A stretch of 64,000 bases of DNA, from the NCBI GenBank assembly GCA_035656635.1, contig DASRSD010000099.1, positions 2 through 64,001 on the forward strand, given 5' to 3'. The notes beneath the pieces were generated by a model. It had not been told where the DNA came from. It ran no database searches and was given only the letters and a program-made list of their open reading frames with translations. The translations under genes were made by a program, and so were the position numbers. This document shows, piece after piece, positions 9,399 to 18,922 of this stretch. Each line of letters begins with the position of its first letter. The stretch's first letter is position 1. This DNA comes from Pirellulales bacterium (GTDB lineage Bacteria; Planctomycetota; Planctomycetia; Pirellulales; JADZDJ01).

Positions 9399-10913
9399 CT
9401 ATGGCACGGGTTTTCCGTCGTAGACCGGGGCGGGCTTATTCGACTGCGGCGGTAGCAACGGCAGGGGAGCCGGTATGTCCAATGTCGCCTTTGTGGTCGA
9501 CGGTCCGTTCGACGAACTTCCAGGAACTGTCGGCAAAGGCGCCGGCGGAACTGCCAAATTCTCGGACGTTGTGCCAGTGCCGTATTTCTTGAACAGCTCG
9601 GCCGCTAAGCGATCGTTGGGAGCAAGTTTCACCGCCTCGCCGAGCTCCTTGGTCGCCTGGGGGTTGAAGCCCGTCATCAAGTATTGATACGCCAACAAGA
9701 AATGCCCTTCCGGAGCGGAGGGGTTCTCTTTCACAAACTTTTCCAACGCGCGGAGATGTTCGGTGTAGCGATCTTTGTCGTTGTAGTAACTAAAGACTTC
9801 GGCCCAATCGCCAGGCGGGCCCAATGCCAATGCCACGTGCGCTTGGGCCGCGGCATCACGATACTGCCCGATTGCAAACAGAGCCAACGACATTAATTCC
9901 GGTGCTTTTGGATTCTGGGGCGATTCAACGGCCGCATGATTTGCCAACCGCAAAGCATCGCGGTACTTGCCAGCCTGAAAGGCGTCGCCCGCCTGGCCGT
10001 AAAATTCCGCGCCGGCTTGCGATGTGGTTCCGGAATCGGCATTATTCTGCGGCAACGGCGTTTCCGGCGGCAACTGATTGGCATCAACAGCATTGGGATT
10101 GCTGCCGGCATAGGCCACCGTCTCGTCGATCGGCACACCATATCCCACGGGTTGATAGTACGCGGTGTCGTAACAATAAGGCGCGCCGTAGCCATAGTAA
10201 CCAAAGCCATAAAAGCAATCGCCAAATCCGCCAAACCACCACGGGAACCAAAATGGCGCCACCACGAAGCAGTTATGGAAATGATTGAAGTTACTGAAGT
10301 GATCGAAATGGTTGAAGTTGTCGAAGTGGTTGAAGTTATTGAAGTGGTTGAAATTGCCGTCGTGGGCAAATTGACCGTTATGAAATTGATTGCCATTTAG
10401 CTGGCTAAAATGTTCGCCTTGACTCCAGTTGTGGTTGAAGGCACCGTTCAATGACGAGCTATGGGAGAAGTTGGAGAGATTGCTGTGCGAAAGGTTCGAC
10501 ATCGAGGAAAAGTTTCTCGCTGCTGCGCTGCCGCTGAAATTCGCCGAACCGGGGAAGCCGCTGTGCGACATGCCGGAAAACTCGTGCCCGGAGACTTGGT
10601 TACCGAAGTTGCTGAAGTTTCGTGCGCTGCCAGAGAAGTTTGAACCCGCGCCCATGCCGCCAAAACTTGATCCGCCTCCGAAGCTGTGCATACTCATGCC
10701 GCTACCCATACTTGTGCCGCCGCCGAACCCACCACCAAACCCGCCGCCCCCCATGTGTCCGCCTCCCATGCCTCCACCGATTGCTCCGCCTCCACCTCCG
10801 CCACCGCCTCCGCCGCCACCATGGGCAAACGCCGGATTGGAATCGGCCGGCAGCATGAGGATCGCGAATGCCGACACCAAGACTGCGAAAAAGGTTTGTT
10901 TGGTCTTCGACAT
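9399..10913 (-). CDS. secreted low-complexity (Gly / Asn-Phe-His / aromatic) protein with C-terminal TPR-like domain
   Basis: 504 aa; signal peptide MSKTKQTFFAVLVSAFAILMLPADSNPAFA; G12 run; NFNHFx repeats; FWFPWWFGGFGDCFYGFGYYGYG block; TPR-like helices (AGKYRDALRLANHAA...). Confidence 0.7.
   Translation of the reverse strand: MSKTKQTFFAVLVSAFAILMLPADSNPAFAHGGGGGGGGGGGGAIGGGMGGGHMGGGGFGGGFGGGTSMGSGMSMHSFGGGSSFGGMGAGSNFSGSARNFSNFGNQVSGHEFSGMSHSGFPGSANFSGSAAARNFSSMSNLSHSNLSNFSHSSSLNGAFNHNWSQGEHFSQLNGNQFHNGQFAHDGNFNHFNNFNHFDNFNHFDHFSNFNHFHNCFVVAPFWFPWWFGGFGDCFYGFGYYGYGAPYCYDTAYYQPVGYGVPIDETVAYAGSNPNAVDANQLPPETPLPQNNADSGTTSQAGAEFYGQAGDAFQAGKYRDALRLANHAAVESPQNPKAPELMSLALFAIGQYRDAAAQAHVALALGPPGDWAEVFSYYNDKDRYTEHLRALEKFVKENPSAPEGHFLLAYQYLMTGFNPQATKELGEAVKLAPNDRLAAELFKKYGTGTTSENLAVPPAPLPTVPGSSSNGPSTTKATLDIPAPLPLLPPQSNKPAPVYDGKPVP
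10274..10356 (-). repeat. 18-nt tandem repeat encoding hexapeptide NFNHF[N/D/H], about 4 copies
   Basis: Minus strand reads aacttcaaccacttcgac-type units: NFNHFN NFNHFD NFNHFD HFS NFNHFH. Confidence 0.8.
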
Positions 10914-11311
10914 AAGTCACCGTCCCGTAATTTAAGAGTTCGCCGCTGACGGATACACCTTCCACAACGCCGATCGACTTTTGCCGCTTTGACGTCGGTT
11001 GCATCCGGCTCTAAGCAGCAATCCGCGTGGCCCAGTAATCGCGGAGTTGGGCTCCCACTTAAAAATTATACCCGTTAAATCGCCGACAGCACGCAAAAAG
11101 TAGAAACTGCCCTGCAAACCCTGTAAACGACACCTCTTGGCCGGCTATCCACTTTCCTGCTTTGCACAATTGGATTGGAAATGATTAAAGTCCAGTGGCT
11201 TGCTTCAGGCTTCGCGGCGGCAGGATACGATGCTCGGCATGCTGCTGATGGAGGGGTTCTCCGAGGAATCCGTTGCGCGAGTCAGGCTTGAGTCTCGTTC
11301 TTCTGCGGGGC

Positions 11312-12526
11312 TCATGCCGGCCAGAAAATCGGCTTCACGATGAAGCACAACGCAATAAACATGAGCGCACTGCCGCCGGCGAGCAGCAGCGAAATCTTTT
11401 CCGAGCTGGAGGGCGTGCGGCCTTCTTCAAAAATGATGCACCGATCGAAGTTAATCGTCGGATAAGAATGAGACAGAATGTCTTTCTCTTTGGAATTCAA
11501 CGATTGAATTTGGTTGGTAACCATGCCGGGCAGTTGCGGCACGGCCAACTTCGCAATCAATTCTTGTTGGTTTGGAGTGTGCGTCGAATAAATGAGTGCC
11601 TGCACATTCGTGGCCTGATTGGCGATGCCTGGGGCGCCCGCGGCCGGATCGGCCGCGACAATCGGCACCCAGACTGCAGTCCAATCTCCTTTGGGCGCTC
11701 CTGCGTCCATTTTAGCCTGGTACGCAAAGTTGCTGCACAATTGAAAATTAGAGAGAATCAAGTTCGGATTTCCCTCGGGTCCGCGCTGAATGAGTTGCGC
11801 GAGCGATATTTTTTCCGGCTGTTGGCTGGCAGCGTCGGCCAGCTTTTTTTCTCGCAAGCCGTAGGCTAGCAGCGCCACGCCGCCTACCGCACACGCAATC
11901 ACAATGCGCAGTGTATTGCGGCTGAAGCGCGGCCGAGACAATCCGCGGCCGGACGGTTTCGAACCTGCTTTCGCAGTTGCTGGATCGCCGCCGGGGGCTC
12001 CGGTTAGCCCAGCAACGGTGGCACCGGTTTTGCGGTTATATCCGCAAGCAACGCATAACACTGCTTGAGCGGGCATCGGCTTGCCGCATTTGGGACAAGG
12101 TTGCTCCGGCTCGGATTTCAGTCCATATGCGTCGGCTTCGGTTTCGTTCCAAATGGTTTTATTGCCCGCGGACGGGGGCAGCGGCTTTGCTGTTTTCGCA
12201 GCCGGAGCGGGTTTACTTTTGCCTTTCAGAACCGGCGTATTGGCGCCTTTGACCACCATGGAAGAACTTTCGTTGGCCGCGAGGGACATGTCGTCCAATG
12301 GCGCCATGGATAAATCGTCTTCCAAGTCAGGTATTTTGGTCTGCGCCGCTTGTGGCGCTGGTTGAGGCGCCGACTTTGGTTCCGGCGACACAAACTTGGG
12401 TGATTGCTCCGGCGGCGAGGGAACTTGCACTACTTGTCCGCAGTTGGGGCATTTCGCCTTCTTGCCTGCCGCCGCGGAATCAGCCAACAGAATTTTGCCG
12501 CAGGGGCATTTGAATTTGATCTTCAT
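11312..12526 (-). CDS. hypothetical protein with two zinc-ribbon motifs and TM segments
   Basis: ATG at 12526; CPCGK...CPNCGQ and CPKCGK...CVACGYN CxxC pairs; TM helix IVIACAVGGVALLAYGL and C-terminal hydrophobic tail. Confidence 0.6.
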   Translation of the reverse strand: MKIKFKCPCGKILLADSAAAGKKAKCPNCGQVVQVPSPPEQSPKFVSPEPKSAPQPAPQAAQTKIPDLEDDLSMAPLDDMSLAANESSSMVVKGANTPVLKGKSKPAPAAKTAKPLPPSAGNKTIWNETEADAYGLKSEPEQPCPKCGKPMPAQAVLCVACGYNRKTGATVAGLTGAPGGDPATAKAGSKPSGRGLSRPRFSRNTLRIVIACAVGGVALLAYGLREKKLADAASQQPEKISLAQLIQRGPEGNPNLILSNFQLCSNFAYQAKMDAGAPKGDWTAVWVPIVAADPAAGAPGIANQATNVQALIYSTHTPNQQELIAKLAVPQLPGMVTNQIQSLNSKEKDILSHSYPTINFDRCIIFEEGRTPSSSEKISLLLAGGSALMFIALCFIVKPIFWPA

Positions 12527-12709
12527 ATTTAAGGGGGCAATCTCAGATGACTGGCGCAAAACAACTCGCCAAAGTAATCGACGGACTCAAACTTGACGGT
12601 CGTAATCTAGTTCATTATGAGCCGGCATCGAGCAGTTGGCCAGAGCGGAGTCTGGGAAACGCCCAAGCTCGATGCGAAAACGCGCAACGCCCCTTGCTGG
12701 CACTGCGGG

Positions 12710-14887
12710 TTAAGCTAAACGAACTCCGGAAAATTTTTCGACCACCACGCGGCAATCGGGAAGCGAGCCCAGAAACGTTTTTCCATACGGCTTGGTGCGC
12801 AGCCGCGGATCGAGGATCACCACCATTCCCGTGTCGGTTTTCGTCCGAATGAGCCGGCCGAAGCCTTGCTTCAATTTGAGCACGGCCTCCGGCAGTTGAT
12901 AATCGACAAACGGATTGCCCCCGGCCGAGCGGATGGCCTCCAGCCGCGCTTCCAACAGCGGACGGTCGGGCACGCTGAAGGGGAGCTTGGTGATGATGAC
13001 GTTTTGCAGCGCGTCTCCGGGCACGTCCACCCCTTGCCAGAAACTATCGGTGCCCAACAGCACGCTGCGGGGATTTTTTTTGAACTGTGCCAGCAATTGG
13101 CTGCGTGGCGCGCCGTCGGCTTGTGATAACAGCGACAAATTATGCTCGGCTAGCCAGGGCGTGAGGGCGGCGGCCGTGCGACGAAGCATTTCATAGCTGG
13201 TGAACAGCACAAACGCATGGCCATCGGTGCGGGACACGTAGCGGCGAATCATTTCCTCGCACGCCTGCTGATACGCCTGCGCATCGCTGGGATCGGGCAG
13301 GCCCTCGGGCAGAATCAATTGCACCTGTCGTTGGTAATCGAAGGGACTGCCCAAGCGAAGGCAGGCCGATTGGGTGAGGCCAATGCGGGTTTTGAAGTAA
13401 TCGAAAGCGGGATCGGGACCGCCGACATTCTTTCCAGGCTTAGTGCTCCGCGCCGCAGACTCCGCGTCGCGGCTAAACGGCTTTGATCCACTGACCGTAA
13501 GCGTGGCGCTGGTCATAATGACGCTGGGCACCACGTCGAATAGTTGTTCCCGCAGGGCGGGGCCAACATCGATGGGTGCTGCGCACAGCGCGAACCGTTT
13601 GTGGCCGCGGCGCGATTTGGTCCGCTCGATCCAATAGACGGCCTCGGGCAAATCTTGCTTGATCCAGGTTTCGATTTCGGCGGCGATGCCCCGCAAACGC
13701 TCGGCGACGGAATTGAAATCGAAGCGCTCTTTGTCATCCTTGAATTTTTCGCCGTGCTGGCGGACCAGACGCGAAAGTTTATCGAGCGCCGGGCTGAGCA
13801 AGTTGGGCACGATGTCGGGCTTGGTTACGCGGCCGTTGGCGCCGTCGTCGAGCCACTGGTCAACGTCGTGGAAGAAATCGTCGGCCCGTACTCGGCAGCG
13901 TTCTACTTCCTGCTGGGCGTCGCCCAATTTGTAATGCACCAGCAGGCCGCGATTACTGCGGTCGTTGTAAAGCTTGTTGAGCGTGTACTCAATGGCTCTG
14001 GAGGAAATGCCCAGGCCTAAATGATCGCCGGCCACGCCTTCGACGGTGTGGGCTTCGTCGAGAATGGCGACATCGTAATTGGGCAAAATACTGGCGCCCG
14101 CGCGGCGAAGAGCCAGATCGCTGAAAAATAGGGCGTGATTGACGACCAAAATTTGTGCGTGGCTGGCGCGGCGACGGGCTTGGTAATAAAAGCAATCGGC
14201 ATAGGTCGGGCAGTTGCGGCCCATGCAGTTGCCGCTGTCGCTGGTAATTTCGTCCCAGACACTGTCGATGGGGCGGAAGGAAAGATCGGCCAGCGAGCCA
14301 TCGGGAGATTGTTGCGACCAGCGGCCGAGTTCGCCCAGTTGCTCCAGTTCTTCATCGACCAGGAACAAATTCCGGGCCCGATCTTGCGCCGCGTTCAGTC
14401 GCCGCCGACTGAGATAATTGTGCCGGCCTTTCACCAGCACCGCCGTGAATTCCTGCGGCATGACGGAGCGGAGCAGAGGAATATCTTTTTGGACAAGCTG
14501 CTCCTGTAGCGCAATGGTATGCGTGGAAACCACAATGCGGCGGATGGGACGCGGTTGGCTGCCGTCCGGTGCGCTCGCTCCGCTGCGCGGACTCCGCGTC
14601 GCGGCTAAACGAGGAGAACCGGCGGTTGAATCGGCATGACGGGCATCGGGTTCTTCGTCTTCGTCATTCGTGGGCGGCGGTTCAGCGGTGACAGCGAGAA
14701 TGGCCGGTACCAAATACGCAAAGCTTTTGCCGACGCCAGTGCCGGCTTCGACCATGAGATGCCGGCGACCTTCGATCGCCGCGGCCACAGCCTGCGCCAT
14801 TTCCAATTGTTGGGGCCGCTGTTCGTAACCGGTTAGCCGCGCCGCAATGCGCCCCTGCGGACCGAGAATTTCAACAGGATCGATCAT
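12710..14887 (-). CDS. dinG: ATP-dependent DNA helicase, DinG/Rad3 family
   Basis: ATG at 14887 ([12 protein letters not shown]); [16 protein letters not shown] Walker [14 protein letters not shown] box, Cys cluster [13 protein letters not shown]-terminal [13 protein letters not shown] and KQGFGRLIR motifs. Confidence 0.85.
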   Translation of the reverse strand: MIDPVEILGPQGRIAARLTGYEQRPQQLEMAQAVAAAIEGRRHLMVEAGTGVGKSFAYLVPAILAVTAEPPPTNDEDEEPDARHADSTAGSPRLAATRSPRSGASAPDGSQPRPIRRIVVSTHTIALQEQLVQKDIPLLRSVMPQEFTAVLVKGRHNYLSRRRLNAAQDRARNLFLVDEELEQLGELGRWSQQSPDGSLADLSFRPIDSVWDEITSDSGNCMGRNCPTYADCFYYQARRRASHAQILVVNHALFFSDLALRRAGASILPNYDVAILDEAHTVEGVAGDHLGLGISSRAIEYTLNKLYNDRSNRGLLVHYKLGDAQQEVERCRVRADDFFHDVDQWLDDGANGRVTKPDIVPNLLSPALDKLSRLVRQHGEKFKDDKERFDFNSVAERLRGIAAEIETWIKQDLPEAVYWIERTKSRRGHKRFALCAAPIDVGPALREQLFDVVPSVIMTSATLTVSGSKPFSRDAESAARSTKPGKNVGGPDPAFDYFKTRIGLTQSACLRLGSPFDYQRQVQLILPEGLPDPSDAQAYQQACEEMIRRYVSRTDGHAFVLFTSYEMLRRTAAALTPWLAEHNLSLLSQADGAPRSQLLAQFKKNPRSVLLGTDSFWQGVDVPGDALQNVIITKLPFSVPDRPLLEARLEAIRSAGGNPFVDYQLPEAVLKLKQGFGRLIRTKTDTGMVVILDPRLRTKPYGKTFLGSLPDCRVVVEKFSGVRLA
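13445..13479 (+). repeat. REP-like element copy inside dinG (read as PFSRDAES on coding strand)
   Basis: gctccgcgccgcaGACTCCGCGTCGCGGCTAAACG; the 22-nt core is identical to 14590-14611. Confidence 0.85.
14577..14611 (+). repeat. REP-like element copy inside dinG (read as RLAATRSP on coding strand)
   Basis: gctccgctgcgcgGACTCCGCGTCGCGGCTAAACG; 32/35 identical to 13445-13479, different reading frame. Confidence 0.85.
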
Positions 14888-14891
14888 GTTG

Positions 14892-14975
14892 AATGACCAA
14901 TGACCAAACCTCAATGACCAAAATGCCTTGCTTCCACATTGGTCATTGGTGCTTGGTTATTGGTGATTTTGATTT
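14892..14975. repeat. two inverted arrays of heptanucleotide repeats (AATGACC)n / (CATTGGT)n
   Basis: AATGACC AATGACC AAACCTC AATGACC at 14892-14919 and CATTGGT CATTGGT GCTTGGT TATTGGT at 14937-14964; 12-bp perfect complementarity 14896-14907 / 14939-14950. Confidence 0.85.
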
Positions 14976-15837
14976 AGCGCGGTTTGGGTGCGATGGTGCC
15001 GGTTTCGGGACTGCTGGCCGTGGCGTACAGCTTTTTGGGAATACGCCCCGCCAGGTATGCTAAACGGCCGGCGGTGCAGGCCGCTTGCATGGCCTGGGCC
15101 ATGGCCAGTGGATTTTTTGCGTGGGCGATGCCCGTGTTTAGCAGCACGCCATCCACGCCCAGCTCCATGGCAATGGCCACGTCGCTGGCGGTACCCACAC
15201 CGGCATCGACAATGACCGGATAGTTAGGATTGCCATCCTTCAAATATTCCAAGCAGATGCGAATGTTGTTGGGATTCAAAATGCCTTGGCCGGAACCGAT
15301 GGGGCTGCCGGCCGGCATGACGCTGGTGGCGCCGGCTTCTTTGAGCCGCCGAGCGGTCATAGGATCGTCGGTGGTGTAGCAGAGCACTCGGAAGCCTTCG
15401 GCAACCAACCGCTCCGTGGCTTGCAGCGTGGCGATGGGATCGGGCAGCAACGTTTTGGTATCGCCCAGCACTTCCAGCTTGACCCAATCGGCGCCGGGGT
15501 TTTCCAGGCCGAGCAAAATTTCGCGACCCAGTCGGGCAACTCGGACCGCATCGTCGGCTGTGAAGCAGCCGGCCGTGTTGGGAAGCAAAATGTAGCGCTG
15601 GGTGTCGATGTGATCCAGCAGGTTGTGCCCTTGGGCATCGATCAATCGCTCGCGGCGCACGGCCACGGTAATGCAATCGGTTCCGGAAGCGGCCAGCGAA
15701 TGCGCCATTAATTCGTAATTGGCATATTTGCCGGTGCCAACAATCAGCCGGCTGCGGAGCGTGTGGCGGCCAAGCTGGAACGAATCAGCGGAAGAATCTT
15801 CGGCAGGCGCGGCAGATTTTTGGACGGTAGTGTGCAT
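14974..15837 (-). CDS. thiG: thiazole synthase ThiG
   Basis: [14 protein letters not shown]..., [37 protein letters not shown] full ThiG pattern; ATG at 15837 preferred over TTG at 15891. Confidence 0.93.
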   Translation of the reverse strand: MHTTVQKSAAPAEDSSADSFQLGRHTLRSRLIVGTGKYANYELMAHSLAASGTDCITVAVRRERLIDAQGHNLLDHIDTQRYILLPNTAGCFTADDAVRVARLGREILLGLENPGADWVKLEVLGDTKTLLPDPIATLQATERLVAEGFRVLCYTTDDPMTARRLKEAGATSVMPAGSPIGSGQGILNPNNIRICLEYLKDGNPNYPVIVDAGVGTASDVAIAMELGVDGVLLNTGIAHAKNPLAMAQAMQAACTAGRLAYLAGRIPKKLYATASSPETGTIAPKPR

Positions 15838-15925
15838 CGCAATGCAAGCAGCAGGGGTGATTGAGAATGGAGGCGGCAATTGCCTACCCAAAATCCTACA
15901 TCCTCCATTATGAATTCAACATCCC

Positions 15926-16132
15926 CTAGCCGCCGCCGACCAAAGTGACGACCTCCAGGCGGTCTCCCTCGGCCAGCCTATGCTGAGCGTGTTGAGCGCG
16001 CGGCACCAACTCCAAATTGATTTCGACAGCCACGTGCCGAGCTGCCACTTCTAGCTGGGACAGCAATTGCGCCAGCGTGGTTCCCTCGGGAACCGTGCGA
16101 GTTTGGCCATTCACAAAAATCTGCATTGCCAT
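15926..16132 (-). CDS. thiS: sulfur-carrier protein ThiS
   Basis: M(AM)[21 protein letters not shown]...[13 protein letters not shown]-terminal GG, directly upstream of thiG. Confidence 0.9.
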   Translation of the reverse strand: MAMQIFVNGQTRTVPEGTTLAQLLSQLEVAARHVAVEINLELVPRAQHAQHRLAEGDRLEVVTLVGGG

Positions 16133-16259
16133 TCCGCGGACAAGAACTTTGTGGCAGATCAATTCAAAGCGTTTCGATGCTGCAAATTTTATCGTCCCAG
16201 CGATAAATTGGCTACCAGCCCTGTGTACACGGACACCCAAGGCACTGGGCGGGTTAACA

Positions 16260-16287
16260 AAGGCCCCCCATGCATTACGGGGGCCTT
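16260..16287 (-). terminator. candidate intrinsic terminator at end of gene 16275..16799
   Basis: 9-bp stem AAGGCCCCC / GGGGGCCTT with 10-nt loop; on minus strand followed by a weak T-rich tract (ttgtt); stop codon lies in the loop. Confidence 0.45.
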
Positions 16288-16799
16288 ACCGCGGCTGTGC
16301 GCAGAGAGATTTTTTGCAGCAACACAAACCGCGTTTGCTGCACCCAGCCCGTAGCAGTGGTCGAGCGGCCAATGTTCCACTGCACGCCATAAGCGGCCAG
16401 CGTGCCGCTGTTGAGCTCCAAAATGTAAACGAGCGCTAAGCCAGGCTGAAATTGCGACGGCCCACGCTTTAACTCGGCCAGTCCAGTCACCATCAAAAAT
16501 TTTGGACTTTTGCTGGGGTCAAGCTGCAAATCAGTCATGACGTTGGTTTCAAACACCGTCGAAAACTGGTAGCTGAACACGTTCATGGCGGCGCCTTTCA
16601 GCACACCGGTCAACTGATCGAGAAAATACACGCCTTCTACCGTGTTATCTAATAGCCCCGTGGCCAGTTGAAAGCCATCTTGCCCACTAGTGGCTACCGC
16701 GTGCAGCGGTTGCGCGGGCATGAACACCGTCAGCAAAAAGCCGACTAGTACCCCGAGCAAAATCCATCCCCAGCGTTGGCGATTAACAGCGGTCGACAT
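16275..16799 (-). CDS. hypothetical membrane-anchored/secreted protein
   Basis: ATG at 16799 ([26 protein letters not shown]); single N-terminal TM; no family recognised. Confidence 0.55.
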   Translation of the reverse strand: MSTAVNRQRWGWILLGVLVGFLLTVFMPAQPLHAVATSGQDGFQLATGLLDNTVEGVYFLDQLTGVLKGAAMNVFSYQFSTVFETNVMTDLQLDPSKSPKFLMVTGLAELKRGPSQFQPGLALVYILELNSGTLAAYGVQWNIGRSTTATGWVQQTRFVLLQKISLRTAAVRPP

Positions 16800-17052
16800 A
16801 ACACACTCCGTGGTGCGATGCCCGGCTTGCGAACTCAGGCCGGGCATCTGACTGCAATGATAGCCCCTTGCCGAATTTGCCGCCATACAGATGACCGGCC
16901 AATTTTCTCCGGATTTTGTACGGTCCGCTAGCATCCGGCGGCGCATCTGGTACAAACTTTGACGAGGGATGCCGACGCCCATTGTCGATGCTGGGCCCGA
17001 TTGGGACGGCTTCACTTTCCGGTCAAACTGCGAACATCACGGAGCAAACATT

Positions 17053-18249
17053 ATGGCCACCAACGGTGCGCTGAATCGCAAATTGCGAATGGCGTTAATC
17101 GGCGGCGGGCAAGGGGCCTTCATCGGTCGCGTGCATGCCACGGCGGCGGTGCTCGATAACCGAGCGGTGCTGGTGGCCGGCGCGCTTTCCAGCGATTTGC
17201 AGCGTGCCAAAGCATCGGCGGCTGATTACGACATTCCCGCCGATCGGGCTTATGGTTCCTACCAGGAACTCATCGACAAAGAAAAATCGCTCCCTGCCGA
17301 TCAGCGAATTGATTTTGTTTCCATCGCCACGCCCAACCATACGCATTTTGAAATTGCCCGGGCGGCTGCGGAGGCGGGCTTCAATGTCATTTGTGACAAA
17401 CCGTTGACATTGGATTTGGCGCAGGCCGAGCAGTTGGCCGACGTAGTGGATCGCACCGGCGTGGTGTTTGCCGTCACGCATAATTACACCGGCTATCCAC
17501 TGGTGCGGCAGGCGCGGCAAATGATTTTGGGGGGCGAGCTAGGCGAAATCAACGCGATTCGTTCGTTCTACTTACAAGGCTGGCTGCGGACGCGGCTGGA
17601 ATTGCAAAACCAAAAGCAGGCTACATGGCGGTCCGATCCCAAAAAAAGCGGCGCCGCCGGCTGCTGGGGTGATATTGGCACGCACGCCTTCAACTTGGCG
17701 CGTTACACCACCGGTCTAATGCCGGAAAAAATTAGCGGCCACTTAAAAGTGTTTGAGCCCGGCCGGACGTTGGACGATTACGGCACGGTGGTGGTGCGGT
17801 TTGAAAACGGCGCGCTGGGAACGGTGACCGCGTCGCAGATCAGCCACGGCCGAGAAAACGATTTGTGGATTGAAATCGACGGCACCAAGGGCTCGCTGGA
17901 ATGGCGTCAGGAGGAGCCCAATAAAATGTGGCTCAAGCGCAACGGCCAGCCACACGCTTTGTACACGCGCGATCCAAACGCTCCCTTCATGAACGAGGCC
18001 GGCAAGGCCGCTTGCCGCTTGCCGAGCGGACATCCGGAGGCATTTTTTGAAGCGTTTGCCAACATTTACCGCGCAGCTTACGACAGCATGATTCTACGCG
18101 CGGCCGGCCAAAAATTTCCCACGGTTGATACGATTTATCCCAACGTGAACGACGGCGTGGAGGGCATGTACTTCATTCAGCAGAGCGTTGCCTCGACCAA
18201 AGAAAACGGCGCCTGGTTGCCGCTGCGGCACAAACGAGCGCGCAAATAG
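17053..18249 (+). CDS. Gfo/Idh/MocA-family NAD(P)-dependent oxidoreductase
   Basis: ATG at 17053; LRMALIGGGQGAFIGRVH Rossmann N-terminus, VSIATPNHTHFE, ICDKPL motifs. Confidence 0.85.
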   Translation: MATNGALNRKLRMALIGGGQGAFIGRVHATAAVLDNRAVLVAGALSSDLQRAKASAADYDIPADRAYGSYQELIDKEKSLPADQRIDFVSIATPNHTHFEIARAAAEAGFNVICDKPLTLDLAQAEQLADVVDRTGVVFAVTHNYTGYPLVRQARQMILGGELGEINAIRSFYLQGWLRTRLELQNQKQATWRSDPKKSGAAGCWGDIGTHAFNLARYTTGLMPEKISGHLKVFEPGRTLDDYGTVVVRFENGALGTVTASQISHGRENDLWIEIDGTKGSLEWRQEEPNKMWLKRNGQPHALYTRDPNAPFMNEAGKAACRLPSGHPEAFFEAFANIYRAAYDSMILRAAGQKFPTVDTIYPNVNDGVEGMYFIQQSVASTKENGAWLPLRHKRARK

Positions 18250-18285
18250 CCGCCCACCGTTGCAATTCAAATAGACAGCAAACGG

Positions 18286-18732
18286 TCAGACTGCCGGTAG
18301 AATGACGCCCTGGTGCCAAAAGCGTTTCAGTTCGCGCACCACGTCCAAAAACTTGGCCAGATTCACCGGCTTCACCAAATAGCTTTCGACTTGCAACAGT
18401 TGCGTGTGGGCCATGTCGGCTTCATCGGTCGAGCCGGTCAGCACCACCACGGGAATCTCAAGGAGTTCTTCGTCTGCGCGAATCTCGGACAGCACTTCGC
18501 GGCCGTTTTTTTTCGGGAGCTCTAAATCGAGCAAAATTAAATCGGGCCGCGGGGCGCGGGCAAAAATGCCGCGCCGCTGCAAGTAATCCATGGCTTCTGC
18601 GCCATCGACTACCAGCGTGCAACGGTGTTTGAAATTGGCCTTCTCCAAGGCACGAATGGCGAAGTGGGCATCCATGCGATTATCTTCCACCAGCAGCACT
18701 TCCATCGGTCGTCCAACCGTATCGTTTCGCAT
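18286..18732 (-). CDS. single-domain response regulator (CheY-like receiver)
   Basis: VLLVEDNRMD, LILLDLELPKKNG (phospho-acceptor Asp), PVVVLTGS, KP motifs; no output domain. Confidence 0.85.
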   Translation of the reverse strand: MRNDTVGRPMEVLLVEDNRMDAHFAIRALEKANFKHRCTLVVDGAEAMDYLQRRGIFARAPRPDLILLDLELPKKNGREVLSEIRADEELLEIPVVVLTGSTDEADMAHTQLLQVESYLVKPVNLAKFLDVVRELKRFWHQGVILPAV

Positions 18733-18922
18733 AGCTACCTCTAAGGACCCCTGAACGCGTCAACCACACCCCCTCCATCGCTTCCAATTATTTTACTCTG
18801 CGGCCACAATGGTTGGTACAAATTCGCAAAAGATTTTTCGCCCACCGCGAGTAGGAATTTCCTTACACAAAACAAATTTTTCCGGGCGCTGGAACGTCAG
18901 CTCCCGCCTAGGAGATACTTTT

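Noticed and set aside
8705-9592. 295-aa ORF antisense to hisF
   Set aside because: hisF on the opposite strand is unambiguous, and the antisense ORF is Ser/Thr/Arg/Pro-rich with no motifs. The same reasoning applies to 21802..22533 and 22549..23079 (antisense to icd) and 57676..58293 (antisense to the leuB-like gene).
11022-11045. Possible degenerate REP (ATCCGCG-TGGCCCAGTAAT-CGCGGAG)
   Set aside because: It shares CCGCGTGGCC and a 6-bp stem with the REP family. It lacks the GCTAAGCGG tail and has a 12-nt loop, so chance similarity in GC-rich DNA cannot be excluded.
14892-14975. Heptamer arrays (here and at 56561-56602) as possible CRISPR arrays
   Set aside because: The units are 7 nt with no spacers, and no cas genes are present. 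These are micro-satellite-like repeats.
16133-16258. Possible TPP (THI-box) riboswitch upstream of thiS-thiG
   Set aside because: The minus-strand leader has GGGUGUCC...GGGCUGGUAG and UUGAUCUGCC, which vaguely resemble THI-box pieces. The invariant CUGAGA and ACCUGAUCUGGAUAAUGCCAGCG elements are absent. I cannot support a riboswitch call.
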